A stretch of 64,000 nt of DNA, taken from assembly GCA_963170165.1 (NCBI GenBank), contig CAUJGQ010000128.1, forward strand, positions 14,833 to 78,832, given 5' to 3'. Positions 10,330-19,818 of this stretch are shown in pieces (positions within the stretch are counted from its first letter, which is position 1; the number at the start of each line of letters is the position of its first letter). The stretch is from Chloroflexota bacterium. GTDB taxonomy: Bacteria; Chloroflexota; Dehalococcoidia; CAUJGQ01. A program made the translations under genes and the position numbers. The notes below the pieces were generated by a model. It saw only the letters and a list, made by a program, of their open reading frames with translations. It was not told the DNA's origin and did not search any database.

Positions 10330-11220
10330 TCACTTCGTCTCTATGACGCGGGCGCCGTGTGGCGATGGGTGGGTCAGAATTACGCGTCCATCGCGACCGG
10401 CGGCGCGGAGCCGGCTCAGCATGGCGTCGCCGATGCGTTCGCCATCGCCGGTGGCAAAGGCCATGATTGATGAGCCGCCGCCCGAGAGATAGGCGCAGAG
10501 GGCGCCAGCGGAGCGGGCCGCATCGAAGACCGCGTACATCTCAGGGAACAGCTTGGCGCGGGCTGGTTGATGGAGCAGGTCCTGTGTAGCGACATCCAGC
10601 ACATCCAGCCGGCCGGTGGCCAGTCCCGCAACGAGCAGCGCCGCCCGCCCGATATTGTGTACGCAGTCCTTCCGCTCCAGAGTCACCGGTAGCAGCCGCC
10701 TGCTCTCGTTCGTAGGCATATCCAGGTCCGGCACCAATACCACGGTCTGCAGCTCGCCCGGCAGGGGCACGGCGACATGGTAGACGTCCTCACCGGTACG
10801 GACGCAGACCTGGAAACCGCCCAGCAGCGCGGGTGCGGCGTTATCGGCATGGCCCTCCATCTCGGTCGCCAGTCGCAACATCTGCTCGCTGTCGAACGGG
10901 CGGCCCAGTAGCTCGTTGACGCCGGCGATGGCACCCACCCGCAACACGGAACTGGCGCCCAGCCCGCGACCAACGGGGATGTCACCGCGGTAGCGGGCCT
11001 GTAGACCCGCAGGAGCCGGCATGCCGGCCGCCTGATAGACTGACTTGGCCGCCGCCAGGGTGAACTGGTCTGCTCGGGACTCCGGGAAGCGGGCCGCCCT
11101 GTCAGACCACGTCAACGTCACATCCCCGGTAATGGCCAGGGCAATGCCGAGCGCATCGAAGCCTGGTCCGAGATTCGCTGATGTGGCCGGGACGCGGATG
11201 GTGACGCTGGTGGGGGGCAT
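10330..11220 (-). CDS. thrB: Homoserine kinase
   Basis: RVPATSANLGPGFD, IPVGRGLGASS, EGHADN, YLSGGGSS; true start at 11220, not the ORF-track start at 11457. Confidence 0.95.
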   Translation of the reverse strand: MPPTSVTIRVPATSANLGPGFDALGIALAITGDVTLTWSDRAARFPESRADQFTLAAAKSVYQAAGMPAPAGLQARYRGDIPVGRGLGASSVLRVGAIAGVNELLGRPFDSEQMLRLATEMEGHADNAAPALLGGFQVCVRTGEDVYHVAVPLPGELQTVVLVPDLDMPTNESRRLLPVTLERKDCVHNIGRAALLVAGLATGRLDVLDVATQDLLHQPARAKLFPEMYAVFDAARSAGALCAYLSGGGSSIMAFATGDGERIGDAMLSRLRAAGRDGRVILTHPSPHGARVIETK

Positions 11221-11285
11221 TGCGGGTTCGGACTCCGGAGGGGCGCACCCGGCCTGTACCAGACCGCTACCTGCGCCGTGCGCGA

Positions 11286-11294
11286 GTGTATCAT
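11286..11294 (-). promoter_or_regulatory. Putative extended -10 promoter (TGaTACACT) for thrB-lysC
   Basis: Minus-strand TGATACACT about 65 nt upstream of the thrB start. Confidence 0.4.
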
Positions 11295-11508
11295 TGGCCA
11301 GCGTGTGCCTCAATGCGTACCCCGCGGAGCATGACCGTCCTTGTCCGGCAGTGCCGCCCAAGCGCGGTGAGCCGGCAAGCCAGCCCGGCCCTGCCAGGCA
11401 GGAGGAGAGGCACGGTGCACGACGGCCACAACGTATACGCGAGAATCTGGCCCGCACAGCATGGTGCTGCTACCTTCCATACCCTTGCAGCCCATCGCCC
11501 GGATGTAC

Positions 11509-11550
11509 TTGACAGGAAGGGGTTATTCATCTAGATTTGTATGCAAACTA
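11509..11550 (+). promoter_or_regulatory. Sigma70-type promoter TTGACA-N17-TAGATT with overlapping inverted repeat (putative MarR operator)
   Basis: TTGACA at 11509-11514, TAGATT at 11532-11537; TAGATTTGTATGCAAACTA near-palindrome at 11532-11550. Confidence 0.7.
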
Positions 11551-12005
11551 TTGACGGTTTGGCTTCCTTGGGGGGCAGCATGGTGACTTCGCTGGATAGC
11601 AGTCTCGGCTGGATGCTGAACAACGCGGCGCGTCTGGCACAGCGCCGGTTCAGCAGCAAACTTGCTCCCTTTGGGATTACCCCGCCGCAATGGGGCGTGC
11701 TGGTGGCGCTGTGGGAGCGGGACGGCCTGTCACTCAGCGAACTGGCAGCCCGCTCTTTCTTCGACGGTCCCACGATGACCGGCATCGTCGACCGGCTGGA
11801 GGGCGCCGGCTTTGTGGAGCGCCGGCGGGACAGCCAGGATCGGCGGGTGATCAGCGTCTATCTGTCAGATGCGGGGCGGCAGCTGCAAGACGTGCTGCCT
11901 GCTATTGCCGAGGAAACCAACGCCGAAGCAGTGGCCGGCCTCTCGCCGCAGCGGGTCGCGGAGTTGCAGTCGACGCTGCGCCAGATCATCGCCAATCTCA
12001 GCTAG
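11541..12005 (+). CDS. MarR family transcriptional regulator (true start may be ATG 11580)
   Basis: GITPPQWGVL, TMTGIVDRLEGAGFVERRRDSQDRRVISVYLSDAG. Confidence 0.93.
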   Translation: MQTIDGLASLGGSMVTSLDSSLGWMLNNAARLAQRRFSSKLAPFGITPPQWGVLVALWERDGLSLSELAARSFFDGPTMTGIVDRLEGAGFVERRRDSQDRRVISVYLSDAGRQLQDVLPAIAEETNAEAVAGLSPQRVAELQSTLRQIIANLS

Positions 12006-12678
12006 CGGGCGGCGTGCGGAGGCCGCTGGTCTGCTGCCACACGGCATCCACAAGGTCGGCGGCCGGCCGCAGCGCGTCCAGCACCAGCCAGCGCAGAGGC
12101 TCGCGGGCAGCGAGGTCGAGATACCCGGCGCGTACCCGCTCATGAAAGGCGGCTGTCTCCTGGCCGATTTGGTCGCGTCCCGTCTCGGCGCGCTTGCGGG
12201 CCAGGCCGGTGACCACCGGCACATCGAGCAGCACCACCACATCCGGCCGTAGTCCTCGCGTGGCCAGGGCGATGGCCTCATCCAGTTCCGGCCGCGGCAG
12301 GCCCCGGCCATAGCCCTGGTAGGCAAGGGTTGAATCCGAGAACCGGTCGCTGATGACAGTGACCCCGCGGTCCAGCGACGGCCGGATCCGTGTATCGACA
12401 TGCTGAGCGCGGGCGGCGGCAAACAGCAGCAGCTCGGCCATCGGCGAGATGCGATCCCAGTGCGACTCATCGCCCAGGATGGCGTAGAACCGGCGGGCGA
12501 GCGCCGGTTTGCGGATCAACTGGCGCAGCATTTCGCTTAGTGGTGTGCCGCCGGGCTCGCGGGTGGCGACCGCCGGCCGCCCTTCCGCCTCCAGCCGCGC
12601 GACCAACGCCCGCTGCAAGGTCGATTTGCCGGCGCCTTCGCCGCCTTCCAGGGCGATGAACAGGGCACGATTGGCCAC
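11998..12678 (-). CDS. tmk: Thymidylate kinase
   Basis: FIALEGGEGAGKST, TREPGGT, SDRFSDSTLAYQGYGRG, HERVRAGY. Confidence 0.95.
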   Translation of the reverse strand: MANRALFIALEGGEGAGKSTLQRALVARLEAEGRPAVATREPGGTPLSEMLRQLIRKPALARRFYAILGDESHWDRISPMAELLLFAAARAQHVDTRIRPSLDRGVTVISDRFSDSTLAYQGYGRGLPRPELDEAIALATRGLRPDVVVLLDVPVVTGLARKRAETGRDQIGQETAAFHERVRAGYLDLAAREPLRWLVLDALRPAADLVDAVWQQTSGLRTPPAS

Positions 12679-12713
12679 GGGCGGGCGTCCTTATGGCGGC
12701 ACCGGGCAAACCG

Positions 12714-14357
12714 CTACTCGCTGAAGTCGAAGCTGTTGTCCGGGTTAGGGTAGATGCGAACCCGCCGGTACGGCTCGCGGCCGTGGCTGCGCGACTGCAT
12801 GTTGTAGCGTTGGGCGATCTGGTGCTGGATGCGGCGGATGTAGGAGTTGGCGGGCGGCAGGTCAATGCTGCGCTCGCTGCTCATCGCCTCCGAGATGGCG
12901 TCCTCGGTCTCACGCATCGCCTCCATCACCGGGTCGAAGCCGCGATTGGTGCTCTCGCGCATCCCGGACAGTGACTTCTCCATCTCGGCCAGGCTGTTAC
13001 TCTTCAGCACGTAGACCGGGATCTGGCGTGCCTCGGCCTCGCGGACGGCGTCGGGCTTGCGGCGGAAGTAGTTGCGCAGGGTCATCAGCACGTCGGCCTC
13101 ATCGACCGTCTCGACAATGCTGGCGCCCAAACCGACATCCCGGATCGCCTGTTCCAGCCGGTTGCGCGCGATGCCAAATGGGTAAATCCGCTTGCCGCGC
13201 ATGTCGCCGGCAGGCTCGGTCGCCTGGCCGGCACTGTCGGCGCGTAGCTCTCGGGCCTCCGAACGTTCGTGTGCCCGGCTTACGCCGCCACGGCGGCCGT
13301 CGCGGCGGATGACGGCCCGTTCACCGAGACCGGGGCGATCCGGTCGGGCTTCTGGTCGGGCCCAGGAGCGCTTGATATCGCCATCATCACCCATCTCGCG
13401 AATTTCGGCCGGCGCATCCCAGCCGCGCAGCAGGTTATCGACGGTCTCGCCAACGTCGGTATGCACCGCCACCCGGTCCCATGACTGAATCTCAACGAGC
13501 ACCCCAAACGTCGGTGGCGCCTTGCGCTCAAGAATGGACTTCTGCGTGCCGCGCCGGCGCGCCTCCTCGTCGGACAGGGTGACGGATTGGATACCGCCGA
13601 TCAGGTCGGAAAGCGTGGGATTCAGCATCAAGTTGTCGAGCGTGTTCCCGTGTGCGGTGCCCACCAGCTGCACGCCACGTTCGGCGATGGTGCGGGCCGC
13701 GGCGGCCTCCAGCTCATTGCCGATCTCGTCGATCACGATGACCTCTGGCATGTGGTTTTCCACCGCCTCAATCATGATCGCGTGCTGATCAGTGGGGGTG
13801 GGCACCTGCATTCGCCGCGCTGAGCCGATGGCCGGATGCGGGATGTCTCCATCACCGGCGATCTCGTTCGAGGTGTCGACGATAATCACCCGTTTGTTCA
13901 TCTCGTCGGCCAGCACGCGCGCCACCTCGCGCAGCATGGTGGTCTTGCCGACACCGGGCTTGCCCAGTAGGAGGATGCTTTGGCCGGATTGCACCAGGTC
14001 ATCGATGATGGCGATTGTGCCGAAGACAGCCCGCCCGACCCTACAGGTGAGACCGACGATGCGGCGGCGCCGGTTGCGGATCGCGGAGATACGATGCAAG
14101 GTGCGCTCGATGCCGGCGCGATTGTCATCGCCGAACTCACCGATACGCGAGACGACGTACTCGATATCGGCGTCGGTGACCTCGTGGTCGGAGAGGATCA
14201 CCTCCCGGCCCGGGTAGCGGGCCTCAGGCAGGCGGCCAAGGTCCATCACGATTTCCAGCAGTTGCTGGTTGTCGTCGCGGTCGCGCAGCGGCCGGCAGAT
14301 GTGCGGTGGCAGCACATCAAGCAGAGCGTCCAGGTCGTCGGTGATCTCACGTTGCAT
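12714..14357 (-). CDS. Ycf45/SpoIIIAA-like AAA ATPase with C-terminal R3H domain
   Basis: [52 protein letters not shown]; R3H motif RRIQHQIA. Confidence 0.9.
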   Translation of the reverse strand: MQREITDDLDALLDVLPPHICRPLRDRDDNQQLLEIVMDLGRLPEARYPGREVILSDHEVTDADIEYVVSRIGEFGDDNRAGIERTLHRISAIRNRRRRIVGLTCRVGRAVFGTIAIIDDLVQSGQSILLLGKPGVGKTTMLREVARVLADEMNKRVIIVDTSNEIAGDGDIPHPAIGSARRMQVPTPTDQHAIMIEAVENHMPEVIVIDEIGNELEAAAARTIAERGVQLVGTAHGNTLDNLMLNPTLSDLIGGIQSVTLSDEEARRRGTQKSILERKAPPTFGVLVEIQSWDRVAVHTDVGETVDNLLRGWDAPAEIREMGDDGDIKRSWARPEARPDRPGLGERAVIRRDGRRGGVSRAHERSEARELRADSAGQATEPAGDMRGKRIYPFGIARNRLEQAIRDVGLGASIVETVDEADVLMTLRNYFRRKPDAVREAEARQIPVYVLKSNSLAEMEKSLSGMRESTNRGFDPVMEAMRETEDAISEAMSSERSIDLPPANSYIRRIQHQIAQRYNMQSRSHGREPYRRVRIYPNPDNSFDFSE

Positions 14358-14366
14358 GGTGTCAGT

Positions 14367-15329
14367 CTACACCGTCACTACGGGCTTGACCGTAGCTCGA
14401 ACCGGCTTTCCCGCGCGCACTGGCTGCGCCAGGCGTTTGGCCAGGAGGTCAAAGTCTCCGGCCGGCCCAAAGCCAAGCCGCTCCAGGCGCTCACGCACGG
14501 GTTGGGCGTAGCCGCGGGAGGTGGTGAACACGGGACGCAGATCGCCCAGGTCTCGCAGTCCCCAGGCGGCGAGTGCCTCGACGCTGTCCCATGCCGCTGG
14601 GTCGACCGCAAGTTCCAGCCGGCCGGCGGCGCCGTCCCGGCAGGTGCGCAACCATGCCACGATACGACCGTCGCGTTCGCCGACGAGGTCGGCGCCGCCC
14701 TTGCCGCCGCCCCGCCGTTCGGCCGCCGCCTGCCATTCCAGGAACCGGACGGCCTCCACCAACCGCACGCTGTCAGGGGCGGTGCGATTGTAGAGCTGGT
14801 ACAAGCTGTGTTCATCGGCTTTGTCGCGCGGGCGTAGCAGCAGACCCGGCGGCGGCGAGGGTGCTTCCATCTCGCCAATGCCGGTCAGGATCAGCAGGTG
14901 CTCGGTGGTGTATGGCACAAAGCCGGAGCGGCGGGCCGGCTCCAGCAGGTCAGAGCCGGAGTCCAGGCGCAGAAACAGCTTCTGCGCTCCGTGTCGCACG
15001 GCGCCCGCGCTCAGCTGGTCAAACAAGTCGAGTGCGACACGCTCCGCATCCGGCGCTGCGGCGATCAGGCAATCGACCTCCCATGCGGTGCGTGCGCCGC
15101 GCCGGCGGGCAGAGATGATACCGCGAATGGTCTGACCATGAATGCTGATCCACGTGTGGCGGCCGGTGGCGAAGGAGAACCACTGCTCGACGGCGCTGCT
15201 GAGCAGGCTTGGCGGCTCGGGCTCGCGCCCTAATCGCTCCCAGGTGCGCGCCTCGTTCGGGTAGACGTTTCCGTCAAACGAAACCAGCGCCACAAGGTCA
15301 GTGGGGCGAACGGTTCGCGTGGCGCTCAT
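14367..15329 (-). CDS. Conserved hypothetical protein, tandem GNAT-like folds
   Basis: Two repeats of GNAT-like elements (RPTDL.../RPRDKAD...; GIISARR/RIVAWLR; RRSGF/ERLGF) without a clear acetyl-CoA motif A. Confidence 0.6.
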   Translation of the reverse strand: MSATRTVRPTDLVALVSFDGNVYPNEARTWERLGREPEPPSLLSSAVEQWFSFATGRHTWISIHGQTIRGIISARRRGARTAWEVDCLIAAAPDAERVALDLFDQLSAGAVRHGAQKLFLRLDSGSDLLEPARRSGFVPYTTEHLLILTGIGEMEAPSPPPGLLLRPRDKADEHSLYQLYNRTAPDSVRLVEAVRFLEWQAAAERRGGGKGGADLVGERDGRIVAWLRTCRDGAAGRLELAVDPAAWDSVEALAAWGLRDLGDLRPVFTTSRGYAQPVRERLERLGFGPAGDFDLLAKRLAQPVRAGKPVRATVKPVVTV

Positions 15330-15354
15330 CGGGCCTCAGTCCGGCGTGCGGGTG

Positions 15355-15948
15355 CTACTTGGCGCCGGCCGGCGCCTGCCCCTCGGCGATGGACACGAAC
15401 AGCTCATGCAGGCGCTGGTCGCCGGTCAGCTCTGGGTGAAAGGCGGTGGCAAGCAGGTTGCCCTGGCGGGCTGCGACGATCCGGCCGTCGGGCAGGGCGG
15501 CGGTCACCTCAACGTCCGGGCCGGTGGATTCGATCACGGGTGCGCGGATAAACACGGCGTGGAATGGCGCATGCAGGCCATGCACCGGTAAATCAATCTC
15601 GAAGCTGTCTATCTGGCTGCCGAAGGCGTTGCGGCGCACTGTCATGTCCATCACACCGAGGTTGGGCCGGTCCAGGCCGATGGCATGGCGCGCCAGCATG
15701 ATCGCGCCGGCGCAAGTGCCCCAGATAGGGAACCCCCGCCGGGCCAGCGCCTGAACCGGCTCCAGCAGGTCGTAGATGATCATCAGCCGGGCGATGGTCG
15801 TGGACTCACCGCCAGGGATGATCAGACCCTGAAGCCCGGCCAGATCGCGTGGCAGGCGCACCTCGCTGACCTCGGCGCCGGCTCGGCGCAGCGCCGTGGC
15901 ATGTTCGGCGAAGTCGCCCTGCAGCGCAAGCACACCCACGCGTATCAT
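15355..15948 (-). CDS. pdxT: Pyridoxal 5'-phosphate synthase glutaminase subunit
   Basis: GVLALQGDF, IIPGGESTT, WGTCAG, RRNAFGSQ, FIRAP, FHPE. Confidence 0.97.
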   Translation of the reverse strand: MIRVGVLALQGDFAEHATALRRAGAEVSEVRLPRDLAGLQGLIIPGGESTTIARLMIIYDLLEPVQALARRGFPIWGTCAGAIMLARHAIGLDRPNLGVMDMTVRRNAFGSQIDSFEIDLPVHGLHAPFHAVFIRAPVIESTGPDVEVTAALPDGRIVAARQGNLLATAFHPELTGDQRLHELFVSIAEGQAPAGAK

Positions 15949-16005
15949 GCACTGATCCCCGGACGCCGGAGCTCCACGCCTCGGCGTCGGTGCTGTGTTG
16001 CCGGT

Positions 16006-16899
16006 CTACCAGCCGCGCGTGGCCAGCAGCTCCTTCTCGGGGATGCTGCGGGCGGCAAGGCCGGACATCGCGCCACCGAGGTTCTTCGAGACCTCAGCGA
16101 TGATCGATGCGTCACGGAAGTGGGTCGTTGCCTTGACGATGGCCTTGGCGCGCTGCTCGGGGTTACCGGACTTGAAGATGCCTGAGCCGACAAAGACGCC
16201 GTCTGCGCCCAGCTGCATCATCATTGCGGCATCCGCAGGGGTGGCGATACCGCCGGCGGTGAACATCACGACCGGCAACCGGCCAAGCTCCTTCACCTTG
16301 CGCACCAGCTCCACCGGCGCCTGCAGGTCCTTGGCGATGGCGTACAGCTCATCGTCCAGGGCGTTTTGCAGCATGCGGATGTCATCCATCACCTGGCGCA
16401 TATGGCGGACAGCTTCAACGACGTCGCCGGTACCCGCCTCGCCCTTGGTGCGAATCATGGCGGCGCCTTCGGAGATGCGGCGCAGCGCTTCACCGAGGTT
16501 GCGGCAGCCACACACGAACGGCACCTTGAACGCGTGCTTGTCAATGTGATGGCGTTCGTCCGCCGGCGTCAGCACCTCTGACTCGTCGATGTAGTCGATA
16601 CCGATCGCTTCCAGGACCTGCGCTTCAACGAAGTGGCCGATACGAGCCTTGGCCATCACTGGGATGGAGACGGCGGCCTTGATCTCGAGGATCATCTCGG
16701 GGTCCGACATGCGTGCGACGCCACCCTGGGCGCGGATGTCGGCGGGAACGCGCTCCAGCGCCATCACGGCGCAGGCGCCGGCCTCCTCGGCGATCTTGGC
16801 ATGTTCAACATTGACGACGTCCATGATGACGCCGCCCTTCAGCATCTGGGCCAGGCCAGCCTTTACAGTCCACGTCCCGGTGACGTGATCGGTGGTCAT
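16006..16899 (-). CDS. pdxS: Pyridoxal 5'-phosphate synthase lyase subunit
   Basis: [60 protein letters not shown]. Confidence 0.98.
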   Translation of the reverse strand: MTTDHVTGTWTVKAGLAQMLKGGVIMDVVNVEHAKIAEEAGACAVMALERVPADIRAQGGVARMSDPEMILEIKAAVSIPVMAKARIGHFVEAQVLEAIGIDYIDESEVLTPADERHHIDKHAFKVPFVCGCRNLGEALRRISEGAAMIRTKGEAGTGDVVEAVRHMRQVMDDIRMLQNALDDELYAIAKDLQAPVELVRKVKELGRLPVVMFTAGGIATPADAAMMMQLGADGVFVGSGIFKSGNPEQRAKAIVKATTHFRDASIIAEVSKNLGGAMSGLAARSIPEKELLATRGW

Positions 16900-17063
16900 C
16901 TGCAAGCCCCCTCATGGCGGAGAGCCGGGAACGCGGCGGCGCCGAACGGCTCATATCTATCCGTCAGTGTAATGGCTCAGCTAAAACAGCGGCAACCGAA
17001 CATCTCTGGCCCCCATGGCAGATTTGTGTGGGGCGCAGCCGCTACGCTATCATGCAAAGGCAC

Positions 17064-17138
17064 GCCCCCGTAGCTCAGGGGATAGAGCACTGGTCTCCGG
17101 AACCAGGTGCGCAGGTTCGAGTCCTGCCGGGGGTACCA
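17064..17138 (+). tRNA. tRNA-Arg(CCG)
   Basis: GCCCCCG acceptor arm, anticodon arm CTGGT-CTCCGGA-ACCAG, GTTCGAGTC T-loop, encoded CCA. Confidence 0.95.
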
Positions 17139-17160
17139 TCCGCGGTGCAAATCCCACGAG

Positions 17161-17191
17161 GGGGACGGGCTTCCGCTCGTCCCCGTCTTTG
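17161..17191 (+). terminator. Hairpin downstream of tRNA-Arg (putative terminator)
   Basis: GGGGACGGGC-TTCC-GCTCGTCCCC followed by GTCTTTGT. Confidence 0.5.
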
Positions 17192-17240
17192 TGCCCACCC
17201 CGAGTAGCAACAGTCCGCAGGCGCGAGGAGGCCGGAGCCG

Positions 17241-18059
17241 GTGACAAGGCGCAATCAGCAGCGCAAGAAGCGCAACGTACGGTTTGACCCGCTAAAGGCG
17301 GCAGGCTACGACAACCGGCCCCACAAGCATGGCATCGGTTACCGGCTGCTCCACAATCGCTGGATTGTGCTGGGCGGCATGGGCATCATCGCCTTCTTCA
17401 CCGTCTTCGGTACCTGCCTAAGCATCAACCAGGGTACCAGCAGCGATAACACACTTGGCTTTGAGACGGCCACGCCGGAGCCCACCGCTACCCGGACACC
17501 GGACCCAAATGCTAGCCCCACGGCCACACCAACCCCGACTCCCACGCCCGTGGTCCGGCGCTTCCCTTCGGCGCCGCCCATGGCAATCGATGTCGAGAAG
17601 TCGTACGTGGCCAGCATTCGCACGAGCAAAGGCACCATTCGCGTACAGCTGGCGCCTAAGGAGGCGCCGGAGGCCGTAAACAGCTTCGTGTTTCTGGCCC
17701 GCAACAACTACTACGACGGCTTGTCGTTCCATCGAGTGTCGGCGTCGTTTGCCCAGGGCGGTGACGGAGGGACCGGAGCGCCCGGCTACGGCCTGCCCGT
17801 GGTCGCGAACGGGCTCAAGCACGAACCAGGAGCGTTCGTACTGGCACGGAGCAACTCCGCCAATCAGCTCAGCGGCCAGTTCTATATCGCCCGGCAGGCA
17901 CTACCGAACCAGGAGGGCCGCGACACGGTGATCGGCCGGGTGGTTGATGGCATGGGGGTGATTGAGCAGCTGACGGCCCGCGACCCTGACCGCAATCCTA
18001 ACGCGCCGCCCGGCGATCAGATCATCTCGATCACCATCGAAGAGCAACCGGCAAGCTGA
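17241..18059 (+). CDS. Membrane-anchored cyclophilin-type peptidyl-prolyl isomerase-like protein
   Basis: Basic N-terminus, one TM helix, Pro/Thr linker (TPTPTPTP), cyclophilin core FHRV...AQGGD...GQFYI. Confidence 0.85.
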   Translation: MTRRNQQRKKRNVRFDPLKAAGYDNRPHKHGIGYRLLHNRWIVLGGMGIIAFFTVFGTCLSINQGTSSDNTLGFETATPEPTATRTPDPNASPTATPTPTPTPVVRRFPSAPPMAIDVEKSYVASIRTSKGTIRVQLAPKEAPEAVNSFVFLARNNYYDGLSFHRVSASFAQGGDGGTGAPGYGLPVVANGLKHEPGAFVLARSNSANQLSGQFYIARQALPNQEGRDTVIGRVVDGMGVIEQLTARDPDRNPNAPPGDQIISITIEEQPAS

Positions 18060-18121
18060 GCCGCAGCCGTCCAGCGTCGCAACCGAAAGGTTGGCGCCGC
18101 TGCACATCCAGGAGGAGCGCA

Positions 18122-18628
18122 TTGGCCGCAAAGCAGTACAAGAGCCCGCCGGGTCTGGTGATTGACCCTGCCAGGCAATACGCCGCCACCTTGCACACTG
18201 AGGCCGGCGACATTGAGTTGGAGCTGTTCGCGTCCGACGTACCGGTCACCGTGAACAACTTCGTGTTCCTGGCGCGCGAAGGTTTCTACGATGGCGTGAC
18301 CTTTCACCGCGTGATTCCGGGCTTTATGGCACAGACCGGCGACCCTACCGGTACAGGCACCGGCGGACCGGGATACCGGTTCAGGGACGAACGGGCCAGT
18401 AACACGCACGAGACGGGCACGCTCTCGATGGCGAATGCCGGACCGAACACCAACGGTAGCCAGTTCTTCATTTGTTTTGAGCCGCAGCCGCACCTGAACG
18501 GCAAGCACACCGTGTTTGGCAAGGTGACGCAGGGTATGGCGGCGCTCAACGCGATTCAGGCCCGCGACCCGATGCGAGCGAGGGAGCCTGGCACCGCGAT
18601 TCGGAGTATCACCATCACCGAGTCCTAG
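18122..18628 (+). CDS. ppiA: Cyclophilin-type peptidyl-prolyl cis-trans isomerase
   Basis: [52 protein letters not shown]; TTG start after a GGAGG RBS. Confidence 0.93.
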   Translation: MAAKQYKSPPGLVIDPARQYAATLHTEAGDIELELFASDVPVTVNNFVFLAREGFYDGVTFHRVIPGFMAQTGDPTGTGTGGPGYRFRDERASNTHETGTLSMANAGPNTNGSQFFICFEPQPHLNGKHTVFGKVTQGMAALNAIQARDPMRAREPGTAIRSITITES

Positions 18629-18652
18629 GGCCGTGTGGCAGCAGGGCACAGC

Positions 18653-18686
18653 ATGGCCCGATCCCCGAGGAATGGGATCGGGCCAT
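18653..18686. terminator. Perfect 13-bp hairpin between convergent genes
   Basis: ATGGCCCGATCCC-CGAGGAAT-GGGATCGGGCCAT. Confidence 0.65.
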
Positions 18687-18865
18687 ACTGCGAGGGCACT
18701 GTCCGCCGGTGGCGGTGGGGCCGTCGCCCGCAGCCGGGAGGAGGGAGTCCGGCAGCTGGCGATGCAGCGCGGCAGGACGTGGAGCCTGGGCCTGCTCCGC
18801 GTCGGGGGCGCCGCCGCGCCGCCCGGTGCCGCCTCCGGCGAACAGAGGCTATATCGGCTCGCGCG

Positions 18866-19213
18866 TCACTTTCCGCGCGAGCGAAGCTGCAGTACATACC
18901 CTCCGATCGAGCGCACCTGGCCAAACGCGCGCCGGATCTCGTAGTCCGTGGCGCAATCGTTGCAGGCCAGGCGGCCGTCATAGCGAATGAACCCGGCCAT
19001 TGGCCTGGGTGACTCACAGATGTCGCACCGCTGAGAAGCACGCGGGGAGATACCGTTGGCCAGGTCGTCTTCGACGAACAGGCGCATTGCCGCGCTGATG
19101 GCGTGCAGCTGCTCAGGCGTGAGCCGCTTGACGGCTGTGGCGCTTGCAGTTGCCGCCCGCGGCGGGCGGGCTGAGCATCGTGGCCAGGTGTGTGACGATC
19201 GCGCGCTCATCAC
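18866..19213 (-). CDS. Small hypothetical protein with two CxxC motifs (putative zinc ribbon), downstream of c-di-AMP riboswitch
   Basis: CDIC...CNDC with flanking helices (AMRLFVEDDLANG; DYEIRRAFG); start uncertain (GTG 19213 or a later start). Confidence 0.65.
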   Translation of the reverse strand: MMSARSSHTWPRCSARPPRAATASATAVKRLTPEQLHAISAAMRLFVEDDLANGISPRASQRCDICESPRPMAGFIRYDGRLACNDCATDYEIRRAFGQVRSIGGYVLQLRSRGK

Positions 19214-19256
19214 CAGACGTTCCCCAGATGTGATGGGGAACCGCAGCGCGCGCGGA

Positions 19257-19290
19257 CAACAAAGAGGGCCAAGGGCTGTAGCCCCTGGCC
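19257..19290 (-). terminator. Intrinsic terminator in the riboswitch expression platform
   Basis: Minus strand GGCCAGGGGCT-AC-AGCCCTTGGCC followed by CTCTTTGTTG. Confidence 0.7.
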
Positions 19291-19310
19291 CGCGATAAGC
19301 CGCACTACGT

Positions 19311-19459
19311 CCCCCTTTGATAGCCTACGAGGTTAGCTGACGGGTTCGGCCTCAAAGGAGTCTGGCCTACCAGCCCGGCACGCCGGACCGGATTCACCCC
19401 GGAAGTTGGGTCCCCCGCTCTTCCTGTCGGTCAGGAAGACTCGGCTCGTATTCAGTTGT
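19311..19459 (-). ncRNA. c-di-AMP riboswitch (ydaO/yuaA class)
   Basis: Minus strand carries CTGAAT, GAGCGGGGGACCCA, GGGGTGAATCC, GTAGG, CCGAACCCGTCAGCTAACCTCGTAGGC, and complementary CTCCTTTGA / TCAAAGGGG segments. Confidence 0.95.
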
Positions 19460-19465
19460 GGCCCT

Positions 19466-19495
19466 AGCCTAGCGCTAGCGCGAAGCTCATGTCAA
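19466..19495 (-). promoter_or_regulatory. Sigma70-type promoter TTGACA-N18-TAGGCT for the riboswitch transcript
   Basis: Minus strand TTGACA at 19495-19490 and TAGGCT at 19471-19466; the predicted TSS matches the aptamer 5' end. Confidence 0.65.
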
Positions 19496-19722
19496 GCCGT
19501 TGAGTCATGCTCTTTGCCCGGCTCGGTCGATGCGCCGCCGGGCGCCCGCTCAATCAGGAAGATCATCGCCCCAAACGGGATCGCCAGTACGGCCGCTGTG
19601 GCCGCCCACACCGGCTTGCCCGCAAGTACAAAGAAGATCGCCAGTGCGATCGCCAGCGACAAGCCGACTACCGCCACGATGCGGCCAAGCACGATGTAGG
19701 TAGGTATGCGCGGCTGCAGCAT
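19492..19722 (-). CDS. Small two-TM hypothetical membrane protein
   Basis: IVAVVGLSLAIALAIFFVLAG and WAATAAVLAIPFGAMIFLIE helices; GAGGGG RBS. Confidence 0.65.
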   Translation of the reverse strand: MLQPRIPTYIVLGRIVAVVGLSLAIALAIFFVLAGKPVWAATAAVLAIPFGAMIFLIERAPGGASTEPGKEHDSTA

Positions 19723-19818
19723 CAGGCACACCCCTCACTTGTGACCAGCGTAACGAACCCAGGCAGCGCCGGCAATGGAGCCGGCGGCCGTGTCTGCCCG
19801 ACGGTGGAGCGGACCGCT

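Noticed and set aside
11221-11530. Possible lysine riboswitch, T-box or leader peptide upstream of thrB-lysC; short ORFs 11291-11530 and 11310-11495
   Set aside because: No aptamer or T-box consensus and no Thr-rich leader. The region is explained by divergent promoters, and the ORFs lack an RBS or motifs.
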